Assembly (NCBI GenBank): GCA_000004695.1
Contig: CM000153.2
Coordinates: 2,688,001 to 2,752,000 of the forward strand
DNA: 64,000 nt
Reading direction: 5' to 3'
Source of the DNA: Dictyostelium discoideum
Lineage: Eukaryota
In this document: in pieces, positions 39,892 through 58,968 of the stretch
Layout of the letters: each line of letters starts with the position of its first letter
How positions within the stretch are numbered: position 1 is the first letter of the stretch
Notes under the pieces: model-generated
What the model was told of the DNA's origin: nothing
The model's input: only the letters and a program-made list of their open reading frames with translations
The model's database searches: none
Made by a program: the position numbers and the translations under genes

Positions 39892-40154
39892 TTAATAATA
39901 GTGCATATAGTAATTTTAATAATAGTAATGGTTATAATTATACAAATTAAATATTTTTTTTATTTATTTTTAATTTTTTTTTTTTTTTTAAATAAAGAGA
40001 AAACTGTTAAATAGGTGTATTAATAATTATAATAATAAAATGATAATAATATCTTATTATTTTATTATTTAACAATTTTTTTTTCTGAAAATACATTTTT
40101 TTTTTTTTTTTTAAAGGAATGTGTTTATAAAAATGTTTTTTTTTTTTTTTATTA

Positions 40155-40381
40155 TTAATGTTTATTTGGATTTTTTTTATATACTGTACCAAATATACCT
40201 TTAATTTGATCAGAACTAACAGGCATGGTTTGATTATAACAATCACTTGTAATATCTTGAAAATGTTCATACTTTTCAATGAAAACTTCTTCCAATCTTT
40301 CCCAAATAACAAGTATCAATTGTGAATCTTTTGTAATATTCTTTTGAACATTTCCTAATGCTTTCAATAAACCTTTTTCAA

Positions 40382-40421
<40 letters not shown>

Positions 40422-43002
40422 CAAAAACATGAAATAAAAATAAAATAAAAGAAAATTAGAAAATAATAATTAATAATTATTCAAAATTAATATAATACAA
40501 ACATTTTCAGTTTTAAACTTTTCAACAATTTTTTTAAATTGTTGTTTTGAATGAGATTGTTGGAATTGAATATCAGAAGGTGGTAAAGTTAATAATAGTT
40601 CATCCATTTTTGTGTAGTATTCAATTAATGGTTTGAATTTGAGATCAATTAAAAAGTTTACATAGATTTCCAAATTTTCTTTAAAAATTGATTGAGAGGT
40701 ATCTTTATGTTGAGTTAGACAATTGATATTAAGTTCTTGTAATTTCAAATAAAAGAAATAATGATTCTCAAGTTTTGAAATGAATTTGTATTTTTTATCC
40801 TCTGGTAATTTCTCTACCAAACCATCCAACCAATTAAATAGCTCTAATATGATCTTCTTATAGGATGATTCAATTAAAAGAGTGCTTGAACCAGTGTCTG
40901 ATTCAGATTTATACTTTTGTAATTCTTTAACAAAGATATGAAAATTTCTAAAATGTGGTAAAACACCACATCTCTTTAAAGAGGTTTGAGTTGACTTAAT
41001 TGCATCAACTTGAACTTCTAAAAATTTGTTGAATAAAGTTTTTATACTTTTTTGTACCTCTGCCAAAATCTTTACAAAATATGAAGAATGATGAGAATCT
41101 TTACGTGAATGAGCGTCAATATATAACTCTGTTTCAAGTAACATTGTTAAAAGATAGAATGGATTAACTTGATCAGCTTTTTCAACCATATTTATTAATT
41201 CTGGTACAACTCCATTAAACATTGCACTTAATATTAAATCCAATGGTGCATCTGGTGATTCTTTAGGTGGTGGTGGTGGTGGTGGTGGTGGTGATGATTC
41301 TTCTGTTGATGATAATGAGCCATTGACTGCATTATTTGGAGATTTTGGACTATTTGAATCAATTGGTTTATCATTATCCAATGAAGGTGATGATGATGAA
41401 TCTGGATCTTTTTTTTTTTTATCTTTTTTATCTTTTTTATCTTTTTTATCTTTTTTATCTTTTTTACTTGATTTTTTATCTTTTCTATCCTTACCATCTT
41501 TATTACTACCACTACCACCACCACTACTATTTGAATGATGATTACGTTGACCAGCTAGTCTTGGTGGGTCTTGATATAAAAAGAAATCCATTACAAAATT
41601 TTGTTTTGTCATTATATAAATTTCTAAACAAGATAATGCATATTTAAATAATCTATTGATTTTACGTTTTTTAATACCATCTTTGCCACTACTACTACTA
41701 CTACTACTACTACTATTTTTAGATGGTGTACTTGTTGATGTATTGTTATTTAAACTATCAATTGATTTCTTTGATGAAGATGAAGAAGAAAAGAAATCAT
41801 TTTGATCCTTTGATTCTTTTTCTAATGACTGTTGAATAGTTGAAAAGAAAAGTTTAATATCACTTTCATAAATTCGACGAAATGCTTTAATATAAGAAAC
41901 AATCAATGGGATTAACTTTTCATGATCCATCTCTTTCAACCAATTAACCAATGGTTTAAATTTTCTTAAAAGGTCATAGTATTCCAAGTAATCTGGAAAC
42001 TTTTCTTCACCGGGTGTTTGAGATGTTGTTGTGATGACATGTTTACCAATTTCCTTATCAGTGGTTTTAAATATATTTTCAACCAATGCTGCGACCTTTC
42101 TTGCAAATGAGATTTTATAAGTTTCAAATACCTTTCTTTGATCTTTAACAGCCATCATATTATCCATACCACTCTTTAATTTGGTTGTTAATGCACGTTT
42201 TAAATCTTCAGCTGCTTCAATTGCCATCTTTAATCCCTTGGTATCGTTAAATTGTGGTGCTGTTAGTGTGGAAATTGTGTTGTCTGATAAAGTCATTAAC
42301 CCAATTAAATTATTCAATTCAGAGTATAATAACTTTTGATTTCTTGATACAATCTCCATCTTATTATTCTTTCCTTCAATATGTTCAATATATTTCTTCA
42401 TATCTTGTAATTGTTTATTATAATACTCAATCCATGCCGTCACACCTGTTAAATGTGTACCATCTTTATCACCTAATTGACTTATAACTTCATTAACTCC
42501 AACACCTGAATCTAAAACACCAACAATCATTTCCTTTAAAAAAAAAAAAAAAAAAAAAAAAAATTATTAATTATTAATTATTATAAAATAAAAATTTATT
42601 TTATTATATAATTTAACATACAGTTTCTAAAGTTGATAACGTTTTACCTAAACGTTCAGTTAAAATATCAACATCTTTTTCAAATGAGAGATAATTATTA
42701 ATAACATTTTCTAAATCTTCATCACCATCATTATTTCCCAAACTAGTTGCACTACTACTTAGAGTATTGTTTGATGGACCATTGCTTACATTATCATTCG
42801 ATTGTGATAGAAATGATGGGTACTCAAGTATTGGGATATTACTATGATGGTGATTTTCACTATCACTCTCTGAATGTGTGGTTTCTGATGGATCGTATTC
42901 ACTCTCACTATATTGACTATATCTATCACTAAATTGACCGCTATATCTATTATGTTGAATACCCACTCTACTAATACCACCTGAATATCCAAGATGATCC
43001 AT
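40155..43002 (-). CDS. exoc1: Exocyst complex component Sec3 (EXOC1)-like, 3 exons. There is no N-terminal PH (PIP2-binding) domain in this locus.
   Basis: complement(join(40155..40382,40503..42533,42622..43002)), with a GTATGT donor (42621) and a GTTTGT donor (40502). Similarity to human EXOC1 is direct: GVLPHFRNFHIFVKELQ vs GILPFVAEFEEFAGLAE; the terminal exon QLILVIWERLEEVFIEKYEHFQDITSDCY vs [28 protein letters not shown]; and the N-terminal coiled coil EDLENVINNYLSFEKDVDILTERL..NKQLQDMKKYIEHIEGKNNKMEIVSRNQKLLYSELNNLIGLM vs [47 protein letters not shown].. There is an internal S-rich/KDKKDKK low-complexity insert. The last intron's acceptor follows a 45-nt poly-A tract, which is unusual. 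Confidence 0.65.
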
Positions 43003-43133
43003 TATTTATTATTATTATTATTGTTTTAGTTTTGTGTTATATTAATATTAAAATTTATTAAAAACATTAATTAAAAAAAATATAAAATTTATGAATTTGT
43101 TTTTTTTTTTTTCTTTTTTTATATTAATTAATT

Positions 43134-43164
<31 letters not shown>

Positions 43165-43378
43165 TAAAAAAATAAAAACAATCGACTAACAAATTTTAAG
43201 TTGAAAGGAATAAATAAAAAAAAAAAAAATTTTTTTGGGTGGATTTTTGTATTTTTTTTTTTTTTGGTTTTATTTTTTTTATTTTTTTTTTTATTTTTTT
43301 AATTTAAATTTTTAAAAAAAAAAAAGTAAAAAAGTAAAAAAAACAAAAAAAAAAAAAATTTTAAGAAACAACACTACT

Positions 43379-47364
<3,986 letters not shown>

Positions 47365-47506
47365 AATATAAAAAAAAACTAAAAATAAAAATAAATTTAT
47401 AAAAATTAGGATCAACTCCTTTTTTTTATTTTTCTATCTATATATATATATATTTAAAAACCCAAATTATAATTTTATTTTTTATTTTTTTATTTTTTTA
47501 TAATTT

Positions 47507-48730
47507 TTATGACAATGATAATCTATTTAAAAGTGTTAAAACTTCAGAAGAACTTTCAACAACACCTCTTGCTTTTGTTGATTCTTCAAGATCACCACAA
47601 ACACGAATTGTAAATGATGGTACATTATAAAGTGCTTTAAACATATCTTCATCAGTTTTATCATCACCAATACAAAGTATGAAATCTGCATCAATCTTTT
47701 GAAGGATCATTTTTACTATTTCACCTTTATTGATACCTATTGGTTTAACTTCAATTGCTTTCTTTCCTGATAAAATATCCAATGGGTATTTATTTGCGAC
47801 TGAACGAAGTTGTGCAATCAATTCTTTAGCTTGGAATTGACCAAAGTCTGGATCAGCATTTCTATAATGCCATGTGATATTGACTTGTTTAGTTTCTGTC
47901 ATTGAACCTGGTGTTCTATCTTCAAAATCTTGCATTATTGATAAAACTGTGTCTTTCCATTGAACTTCTGCATTTGGACTTTCAGTCCATGGTTGATTTT
48001 CACCAGGTTGTCTTGTGAAAACGCCATGTTCACAAGACATACCAATTGGTAAATGACCTAACCACTTCTCCAATGACGAACGATCTCTTCCACTGATTAC
48101 GTAAACTTCATTTCTTCTATCTTCTGTTAGTTTACTTAAAACATCAATTAATTGCTTTGATGGCATTGCTTGACTTGGAAGACGAACCAATGGTGTTAAA
48201 GTACCATCATAATCCAAAAAGAAAACTCTAACCTTTGCTTTTTTATAGGAATCTTCAATCTCTTGGAAATTGGCCCTTGGTACACTTGTTTCCATAATCT
48301 CTTTTTGTGTTGCTTCATTTAAATCACATAAGAATCTTTTACCCCAAAAACTTGATGTGTTTGCCAAAACATAATTATAATTGATTTGATGTTTTAATTT
48401 TCTATCATGCATACTCATATTCAATGCTTCAATGATAGCTTCCATTATTTCTTTCTTTGAGAATGGATTAACGATTATTGAACCACCTAAACATCTTGCT
48501 GCACCTGCAAATTCACTTAATATCAATACACCAAAGTTATCCTTTTGACATACAACATATTCATGTGAAGTTAAATTCATACCATCTCTAATTGGTGTTA
48601 TTAATGCAATATCTGCCAATTTATATAATGCTGATAATTCTTCATATGATATTTTCTTATTAATATATTCAATTGGATTAAAACTTAATTTACCAAATTT
48701 ACCATTAATTCTACCAACCATTCTATAATA

Positions 48731-48772
<42 letters not shown>

Positions 48773-49979
48773 TTAGTAATTAAAATATGAAAAAAAAAAT
48801 AAATAAATAAATAAATAAATACTCATTAACAGTTTTATGTAAAATCTTTTGTTCATCAGTTTCATCACCTTCTTCAACAGTTGGTTCATAAATTTGAATA
48901 AAAACTAATTTACCAATATATTCTGGATGATCATTTAATAATTGTTCAAAGACTTCAAGTTTTCTTGGTACACCTTCAATTTGATCTAATCTATCACGAG
49001 CTACAACAACCTTTTTACCTTTGAAAATTTTACGTAAACTTTCAACTCTTGATGAAACTTCAGGTAAATTTAAATTCTTTGCAAAATCATTATAATCAAC
49101 ACCGATTGGATAAACTTGAAGTTTAGTGAAATGAGTTGAACCATCTTCAAATATCTCTAAACCTTTTGGATGAACTTCAAGATCTAATAAACGAGCACAA
49201 GAACTTTTGAAATGACGTACATATTCAAATGATTGAAAACCAATTAAATTTGATGAAAGGATACCTTTTAATAATTCTTTTCTATTTGGAAGTATACGAA
49301 ATAGTTCATAGGAAGGAAATGGTGCATGGAAAAAGAAACCAATCGATGCCTCTGGTGGTAGCAATTGTCTTAACATTTGTGGTACCAACATAAGATGATA
49401 ATCATGAATCCAAATGATATCGGATGGTCTCCATACGGATGCGATCTTTTCGGCAAACATTTGATTTACTCCAACGTATTCTTCCCACCATTCAGATTGC
49501 ATACGAATAAAGTTCATTTGATAATGTAATAATAACCATAATCCATTTTTACAATAACCTTTGTAATAGTTTTCAAACTGTCTTGGATTTAGAAAAACAT
49601 GTTCAAAATGTGGTGAAAATTCTTTAATGGCCTGATTTAACATTGGCTCTTCATCTTCATTAACCTCACAATGTGACCAACCAATCCATAGCCAATCTTC
49701 AATTTCATCTTTTGCCTTTAAAGTTTCTAAAGCAGATTGAGTTGGAAATGGATGACCATTGATTTGAATTTGAATTTTACTTTCTCTATCTCTTGATGGT
49801 TCTGACATACCAAAACTACTTGTTATTGATTCTCTACTTGCACTTAATGGCGATCCAAATAATGGGGTTTCATTAAATTTTGTAACTGTAATTGGTAATG
49901 TATTACTTGCAACAATAATTTTACCTAATTTTTCATTAATAATATTATTTAAACTTGTTGACCTTTGAATTATGGTCAT
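47507..49979 (-). CDS. Bifunctional alpha,alpha-trehalose-phosphate synthase (UDP-forming, GT20) / trehalose-6-phosphate phosphatase (HAD domain), 2 exons.
   Basis: complement(join(47507..48710,48823..49979)), with a GTATTT donor at 48822 and an acceptor ..TGGTTGGTAG. The splice gives ..TVNE|INGKFGKLSFNPIEY, as in TPS proteins (vnGrfg...PI.y). The GT20 signature is IWIHDYHLMLVPQMLRQ, with DGMNLTSHEYVVCQ. The TPP HAD motif is VFFLDYDGTLTP, followed by ILCIGDDKTDEDMF. Confidence 0.9.
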
Positions 49980-50198
49980 TTTTTTTTTTTTTTTTTTTTT
50001 TTTTTATTTTTTTTTAATAATTATTTGTTTGTTGTAATATGTGTGTAATGATAAAAATTAAAAGTATTTTTTTTTTTTTTTTTTTTTAAAAACTGATTTT
50101 TTTTTTTTTTTTTTTATTTTTTTTATTTGGTTAAAAAAAATTAAAATTTTGAAATGCAAATATTACAACAATGTAATAATTGGGGATTAATATTAAAA

Positions 50199-50238
<40 letters not shown>

Positions 50239-50669
50239 TGTGTTAAAAAATTTAGTTATTAAATTTAATTAATTTTTAAATTTATTTTCATTTTTTTTTT
50301 TTTAATTTTATTTTATTTTCATTTTATTTTTAATGGTTTTTTTTTTTTTTTTTTCATATTTGGAAGATCAATCAAAACTAAATTCGAATTTCTCAAATTT
50401 CAAATAATTTATTTTTTTATTTTTTTATTTTGAAAATCAAATTAAATGAATAATTAAATAAATAATTAAATAATTAAAAAATTAATTAAATAATTAAATA
50501 AATAAAGTTTTTTTTTTTTTTTTTTTAAGGTTTTGTTTTTTGATTAAATCAATTAAATAAATAATCTTCTCCTTTTTTTCATTATAATTATTTTATTTAT
50601 TTATTTTTTTTTTTTATTTTTTTTTTTTAATAATAATTTTTTTTTTTTTTTTTTTTTTTAAAAAAATAT

Positions 50670-53600
50670 TTAATAAAAATCTTGATCTAAAGCCAATTGA
50701 GAGAATAATTTTTTAGTTTGTTCTTGAGATTTTTTAAAATCTTTCCATTGATTTAAGAGAGCGATTTCATCATCAACAATATTTGATAAAGGAGTATTTG
50801 CTAAGGATTGATGATTCTTTGGAGCTTGATAATCTTGAGTGATATTTGTGATAGAGAATAACGATTTTTCATCAGGAGCCAATAGTCTAGCAATGAATTG
50901 ATCAGAGGTTGGTCTTGGTAATTTATTAATCCATTGGTCAATGATTGATTCAAAGGAAGCCAAAAGACTTGAACTTGAAGATCTAAATTCGAATCTAGCA
51001 TGGTAAACCTTATACTTTGGTAAACTTTGACCATTTGGAGAGGTATAATAGATACTGTAATCCTCTGGGAATGATAAGCATTTCTCCATACCAGAGATTG
51101 TGAAACAAAATTGTTCATTGAACCAAGTTGAAGAAGAGAATGCAAAATGGAAATTTGAATTACCAAATTCACTATTTAAAACATTATGCAATGGTAAAGC
51201 ACTTAGGCAATCAAAGATTGAAGCAACAGAAACGAAACCTTCAAATACAACATCAATTGAAAACACAGCTTCAAATCTTGGCCATTGTTGAATGAATTGA
51301 TGTTTATTATATTTAAATGGAATTAAAAATTGATTCCAATCAAAAATATAATCTGAACATCTAATTTCAATAGGTGAGAATTGAATAATATTTGCACTTG
51401 GGTTATTAGTTGTAATTGATAATGATTGAATAATTTGATTATTAATAATTGGTTGATTTATACCTGATCCAACTATACTATTTAAATTTGTATGTGAATT
51501 TGGATTTGGATTTGGATTTGTTGATGATGATGATGATGTAGTATTATTATTTGAATTTGTAGTTGATGATGGTGTTGTTGTTGAGGTTATTTGATTAGCA
51601 TTTGATGATGATGATGATGATGACGATATAATATTTTGATTAATAACATTTGATAATGGTGAAGAAGTTGTTGGTGAAGAACTTTGAGCGTTTGATAAAA
51701 GTGAAGAAGATATAAAACTAGCAGTACCAGGTGAACCAACTGCACTAGTTGAAATCGAATGACTATTTGCACTACTATTTAAACTACCACTATTATTTGA
51801 ATTTAAACTATATGATGATAAACCAGAATTAACACTTGAAATTGGTTGTGGTTGGTATTGTTGTTGTTGTGATTGTTGTGATTGTTGTTGTGATGATGAT
51901 TGTTGTTGTTGTTGTTGTTGTTGAATTGATTGAACTAATAATTGATCAGAAGATTGTTGATAATTATTAATTTTAGTATGAATATTATTTAAATTAATAT
52001 TATTTTCAGATTCACAAAGACCACTTGGTTGATTAAAAGTTAATTTAAAAGTAACTAAATTATAATCTAAACTTGAAACATTTAGAGGTACTTCGAAACT
52101 ATAAGATTTCTCTGGTAAAAGTTTTGGAATATTATGTTTACAATTGGTTTGAGGATAAGGGAAATCCAAATGACCAGATAATCCAATCATTATATTTACA
52201 TTTTTAATACTAAAATGAATGACATTTGTAACTTGAACATGTAAAGTGATGGTATTTAATGTTGGATGAGTTGTATGACTAACTTCAATCCAAACTGGAT
52301 CACTTGCACCACTAATTAAAGTCACATCTCTTGATGATTTATCACGAATTGATGAACCATAATGCACACCAACCAAACCAGTGATTGCTTTCTTACATTC
52401 GTATGCAAAAATATCGGAAATCGAGTGAAGTGAATTCGAGGCCTCCAACTGTTCAATTGGGATACAATATGAGAAATCGATGGTATAATTGGTAAAGCTA
52501 TTTAAATTTCTAATTGTACTATATTTTCCAAGTGATTGTGCATCCAATGCACTACTGGTACTTGAGAATAACATTCTACGAATGAAACGTGCACGTGAAT
52601 AAACCGATTTATTATGAGGATAAGTTGCCAATATCTCCTCGAGTGTACGTTGAACCGTTGCTTCAACCGATGGAATATGTAACCCCATTAGATAAAGACA
52701 CTCCAAAGCACCCAACCAATAGCCACTTAATGAGTGAAGTGATGCAGGTGATACTCTACCAAATTGCGATACACCCATAATCATATCCCTAATGTTACCA
52801 TTGTATTGAGTGAACTTTGGTTGATTATCCAAGAAAAGGAAACGACGTCTTAATAAACTAATTAATAAACCTGCATCTGATTGTTCATAAACTTTATTTG
52901 TTGGTGATCTTAATAAATGTGTACAAATTAAGAATACTGCTTGTAGGCAAATATAATCTGATGGTATCTTATTAATTTGATCTAATAAATCACTACGTAA
53001 TAATGATATTAATTTTATACCATATTGTGATTCACTACCATTACCACTATTATTGCTGCTGCTGCTGCTTGATAAAGTTACTCTACATAACCAATCAACA
53101 AATCTAATACAATATTCAATTGCTGAAATTCTTTCACTTTGCCATGTAATACATTTCAAACAAACCTCTGAAATATTTAATGCAGCTTGATGTAAATAAA
53201 ATAAATTACCAGATGTTGAGAATTTAACTGAACCACCACTACCACCACCACTATTGCCACTGCTGCTATTGTTATTGTTTGAATTTTTCTCTGATTCAAT
53301 TTCAATATATTTTGAAAGAATATTATGATGACTTGCAACCATTGATACGATTATTTCTTCACGGAAACTACTAGATTCATCTTGAAAAGCCATTAAAAGA
53401 CAATCGGTTGTCATTAATGGTGTAAATAATGAACTTTTACCAGAGGATGTAACATGTCTATCAATTATTAATTCAAAGGTACGAATTAAATAACTAACAC
53501 GTTGATTTGAATCTGTTATGGATTTTATTGATGGGAAAATACGACTAAGTGTACAAAATAATAAATCATCACCCAACATTGGTAAAACACTCATAATCGC

Positions 53601-53981
53601 CAATAGAATAGGTAGTGGATTTAATGATACACCTTCTCTACGTAACAGACCAATGAATGCAGTTAACACTGGATTAATCCAATTTTCATTATGTTGATTT
53701 TGTTGAGTTAATAATAGATCCAATATTGCTTTACCAACTGCAAATACCAATGAATCATTTGATGAATCTAATTGTGATAAAAAGTATTCAACCAATATTG
53801 ATACAATATTTTGTGGTGATGAAATTTGTTTAGTTTTATTTGATGATGCTGTATTTGCTATTATTGATGTTGGTGATGTTGGTGATGTTATTGGTGAATT
53901 ACCTGTTGTCGTAGTTGTTGTAGTTGTACCTGTAATTGATGATAAATTCATTGATGATATACCATTTATTAAATTATTTTG

Positions 53982-54071
<90 letters not shown>

Positions 54072-54984
54072 TTGTTGATTATTATTATTATTATTATTAT
54101 TATCAAAACTTGTTGGCCAAAATGGTGTACCACTTGATCTTGAAATTGTATCAACTAAATAAGTTAAAGTATTTACAGTTGAATGACGTTGATTAATATC
54201 AATATGTTGAGCACGATTAAGTAATAGATCGAAATGATCAATTAATTTCAAAGAGATCCAATCGGCATAATAAGAGAGTACTTGTCTCTTTTGTACACTA
54301 TTATCCAATTCATCAGAATGTGAAACTGATCTTGAGATCTCAGAGAATAATGAACTGATTGCACTAAAACTTGATTGGTAAACCATTGGTATTGGTTCCT
54401 CTAAAATTCTATCAACTATTAACTCCCAACCTGTCGATACAAATGATTTATATGATTGAAGAATTGATTTTCTATAAAATAATAAACTTGTCAATGTATC
54501 CAATGCTGTTTTTCTAACTGATGGATTACCATGTCTAACCAATGGTCCAAAATCTGCATTTCCCATCATTAATAACTCTGTAAATATTGATGAAATGTGT
54601 GGTAATGTCTTTAAAATACTAATCACAACTTCATTATCATCGGAATTTAAATCTTTTACTAATAATGGTATTGCTAAACTCCAATCTGATGGTGTACATT
54701 TACAACTTTTTAAAATACTATAACATAATATTCTTGTTGTTTTATTATCAGTTTCTGATATTAACTAAAAAAGTAAAAAAATAATATTAATATTAATATT
54801 TAATATAATTTGTATTATTAAATTTTAAAAAAAAAAAAAAAAAAAAACTTACTTTAATAATTGAAGTAAAAAATAAAGTTGGATCTCTTCCTTGATTAAT
54901 CCAAAACTGATTTAATTTTGACAAACCATTAATTTGTTTTAATGAATCACTACTATTTAATTCATCATAAATTTCAATCTCCAT
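50670..54984 (-). CDS. TPLATE-like large subunit of the TSET (TPLATE) membrane-trafficking complex, 2 exons and about 1,408 aa.
   Basis: complement(join(50670..54764,54853..54984)), with a GTAAGT donor at 54852 and a ..TTTTTTAG acceptor. The N-terminus aligns with Arabidopsis TPLATE: MEIEIYDELNSSDSLKQINGLSKL..SDWSLAIPLLVKDLNSDDNEVVISILKTLP vs MDILFAQIQADLRSNDALRQSGAL..PDLWDTVCSGVKTDLHFPDPDVTAAAVSILAAIP. A C-terminal beta-sandwich block aligns strongly: LISGASDPVWIEVSHTTHPTLNTITLHVQVTNVIHFSIKNVNIMIGLSGHLDF vs LTGSSDPCYIEAYHLADTNDGRVTLHLKIINLTELELNRVDIRVGLSGALYF. It has a long coding (ATT)n poly-N insert at about 54000-54060 and a Q/S-rich tract at about 51800-51960. Confidence 0.65.
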
Positions 54985-55035
54985 TATTATTTAATTTTAA
55001 TATTACAAATAAAAAAATAAAAAAAAAAAGTATAT

Positions 55036-55081
<46 letters not shown>

Positions 55082-55089
55082 CCTTAAGG

Positions 55090-55123
<34 letters not shown>

Positions 55124-55254
55124 TTTTATTATTAAACAAAAAAAATGAATAAATATTATATTGTTACCCCATTTTTTTTTAAATAAAAGAAAAAAAAAAA
55201 AAACTATAATCCAATAAAATTTATTTATTTTTATATGGCGTTTTAAAATAATAA

Positions 55255-55345
55255 AAAAAATCATAAAAAAAAAAAAAAAAAAATCATAAAAAAAAAAAAA
55301 AAAAATCATAAAAAAAAAAATATAAAAAAAAATCATGAAAAAAAA
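55255..55345. repeat. Tandem repeat of about 22-bp units (A)n-TCAT(G), four copies.
   Basis: aaaaaaaatcataaaaaaaaaaaaaaaaaaaatcataaaaaaaaaaaaaaaaaaatcataaaaaaaaaaatataaaaaaaaatcatgaaaaaaa, in the intergenic region between the TPLATE start and the RanBP2-ZnF gene's 3' end. Confidence 0.6.
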
Positions 55346-55511
55346 AAAAATTAAAAAAAATTATTTGAAAATCAAAAACAGTTCTTCTCTTTTTTTTGAT
55401 TAAAGTGTTGGTTTTGGTTACATTTTTCTTTTTTTTTTTTTCTTTTTTTTTTAATATTTAATTTAATCTATTTTATTATTGTTATTATTATTATTACTAT
55501 TAATTATTTTT

Positions 55512-56490
<979 letters not shown>

Positions 56491-56547
<57 letters not shown>

Positions 56548-56550
56548 TTT
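56491..56550. repeat. (ATTT)n tetranucleotide microsatellite, about 15 units, immediately upstream of the start codon of the RanBP2-ZnF gene.
   Basis: Directly visible tandem atttatttattt... Confidence 0.9.
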
Positions 56551-56785
56551 TGATGATGATGATCAATTTTTAAATGTTATATGTGTTTTGATTTTCTTGA
56601 AATTAATGATAATGATAATGATAATGAAAAAAAAAAAAAATTATTTTTAACTTTTAAAAAATTTTTTTAATCTAAATTAATTAATTAATAAAAATAAAAA
56701 AATAAATAAAAAAAAAGGGTGTGTAGTAATACAATTAATTACAACGTGATAAAAAAATGTTTAAAAAATTTTAAAAACCATTTAG

Positions 56786-56822
<37 letters not shown>

Positions 56823-57657
56823 AAAAGTGATTGGGTGGGTGCTTCAATTTTAAAAAAAAAAATAAAAATAAAAAAAAAATAAAAAAAAATAAAAAAAAAA
56901 AAAAAAAAAAATAAACATAAATTATTTTAAAATAATGGGTTTTTTTATTATTCTCTTTTCTTTTCTTTTTTTTTTTTTTTTTTTTATTTTTCTTTTTTTT
57001 TTTTTTTTTTTTTTCTCCTACTTTGGACATATATCTCGGTATTATAAAAATTTGTTTTTTTTATTTTTTTTTTTTTTATTTTTTTTATTTTTTTTTTTTT
57101 TGGCCTACATCATTTGAAGATTTTAAATTTCGATATCTTACAGTAACAAGAAAAAAAAAAAAAAAAAAAAAAATTATATTCATATGCAAATCACCAACAA
57201 AAGATTTTTAATTTTTTTTTTTTTTATTAAAAGAATAAATAAATGCAATGAAAAAAAGAGTGTTTTTAATACCAATAACTAAAAAGGAATAAAATAAAAA
57301 AATAATAAAAAAAAAAAATAATAAAGAAAATAACCCAAATTATTTATTATTATGGTAATAAGATTATAATTTGACTGTTGAAATGATTGATACCAAATTT
57401 GGAATACTTTTTTTTTTTTTTTTTGATTTATTTTTTTTTTCTTTTACCATTTTTGTTTATGGAGATCCTTTATAACTTTTTTTTTTAATTCATTTATTTA
57501 TTTTTTTTTTAGTAATTTTTTTTTTTTATATTTTTTTTTTTTTTTATTTTATTATTATAATTATTATTATTTTATTACTTTATTATTTTTATTTTTTTCT
57601 CAATCTTTTTTTAAAAAAAAAATTTTTAAATAAATAAAATAAAACAAATAAAATAAA

Positions 57658-58265
57658 ATGGATACAACTTTTCATAGTGCATTATCAATCATTGATAATG
57701 GATCAATGAATGATAATGACAAAACTAGAATTAAAGATTATTTAAATAGAAATAGTGATAAAGCCCCATCAATTATAGATGCAAATAACCGTTTTAAAAA
57801 TGATCCAAATCATTTAAATAATTTCTTTCAACAAATGATGTTACAAGATCAATCAAAACCTCAATATCAACAACAACAACAACCGTCATCCTCGTCAACA
57901 ACAACAACTACTGCTGGTGGAGGAGAGTTTGATAATCAATCAGAACAATATAAAGACCAATCGCAACAACCATCAACAAATAATAATGATTTCCTGCAAA
58001 AACAACAACCGCAATTTAATAACCCTCAATCCTATGGAGATAATAGTCAACAACAACAAAAACAACAGCAACAACAACAACCAACAAATAATAAATATCA
58101 ACAAACATATGGTGGTGATGATACTCGACAAACCCCAACAAATAGAAATTTTGATGATGATAATAATGATGCTAATAATTATAATCAACAATATCAAGGT
58201 GGTGGCGGTGGTGATAGTAGTGGTAGTAGTGGTGGAAGAGGTAGAGAAGATCGTTCTAATCTTTC

Positions 58266-58316
<51 letters not shown>

Positions 58317-58857
58317 TCAATCACAACAACAAAAATATGATGATGATGGTTATCAACAATACCAAAGAAGACCACCAGATGTTAGGGATGATAGTCATCC
58401 AAATGAAAATAATGATGAAGTAAATATTTTCAAGAATGAAAATGATGTTAACCCAATGATGACTTTTGATCCATTCATATATTGGATGGTTGTTAAACAT
58501 AACTTAAATTTACATTCTGGTTGGCTAAAGAGAAAAGGTGATAGAACCGGCAGAAGAGTTCGTTCACCATTCCCACCAGGTGATTATGAATTAATTGATG
58601 CAGTACCAGAATCAAAAAGAATTAGAGTAGTCTTTTCTTCACCAATTAATAACTATTGGGATAGTGACCGTAGAATAACTATAAACCATTCCGATAACCC
58701 TGATGAAATTAGAAGAAAGATTCAATCAGCCTTCAAATTTGATCGTCGTCATTTCTCTCTCTATCAATTAATTGAAGCTGGTACACATAATAAAGTTCAT
58801 AATTTAGAATATAATGAATTGGATGAAAATAAAACTTATGAATTAATTATACCATGG
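57658..58857 (+). CDS. Q-rich hypothetical protein with a possible C-terminal ubiquitin-like/UBX-like beta-grasp segment. This is exon 1, and a second exon is likely.
   Basis: The ORF from 57658 runs into an (ATT)n tract (poly-I then poly-F translation), so a GTAATG donor at 58858 is preferred. A possible terminal exon is 59152..59307 (LSKLSRRKEDQIANKDEKGNGVSDSSNTSSNKINKGNVINSRKSRDQCLIN*), but the acceptor is uncertain. The C-terminal globular part is ..GWLKRKGDRTGRRVRSPFPPGDYELIDAVPESKRIRVVFSSPINNYWDSDRRITINHSDNPDEIRRKIQSAFKFDRRHFSLYQLIEAGTHNKV.. (a faint UBX-like pattern). Confidence 0.4.
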
Positions 58858-58874
58858 GTAATGTATTTTAAACA

Positions 58875-58968
<94 letters not shown>

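Noticed and set aside
39474-40014. N/Q-rich ORFs 39474..39950 and 39517..40014 downstream of the small membrane-protein gene.
   Set aside because: They are almost pure poly-N/poly-I translation of (AAT)n-like repeats. They cannot be joined in frame to the upstream exon, because the only acceptor gives an immediate stop. They may be 3'UTR or an independent low-complexity gene, with no positive evidence either way.
57917-58423. Overlapping ORFs 57917..58423 (plus) and 57973..58197 (minus) within the ORF 57658 gene.
   Set aside because: They are alternative-frame readings of (CAA)n/(AAT)n coding repeats.
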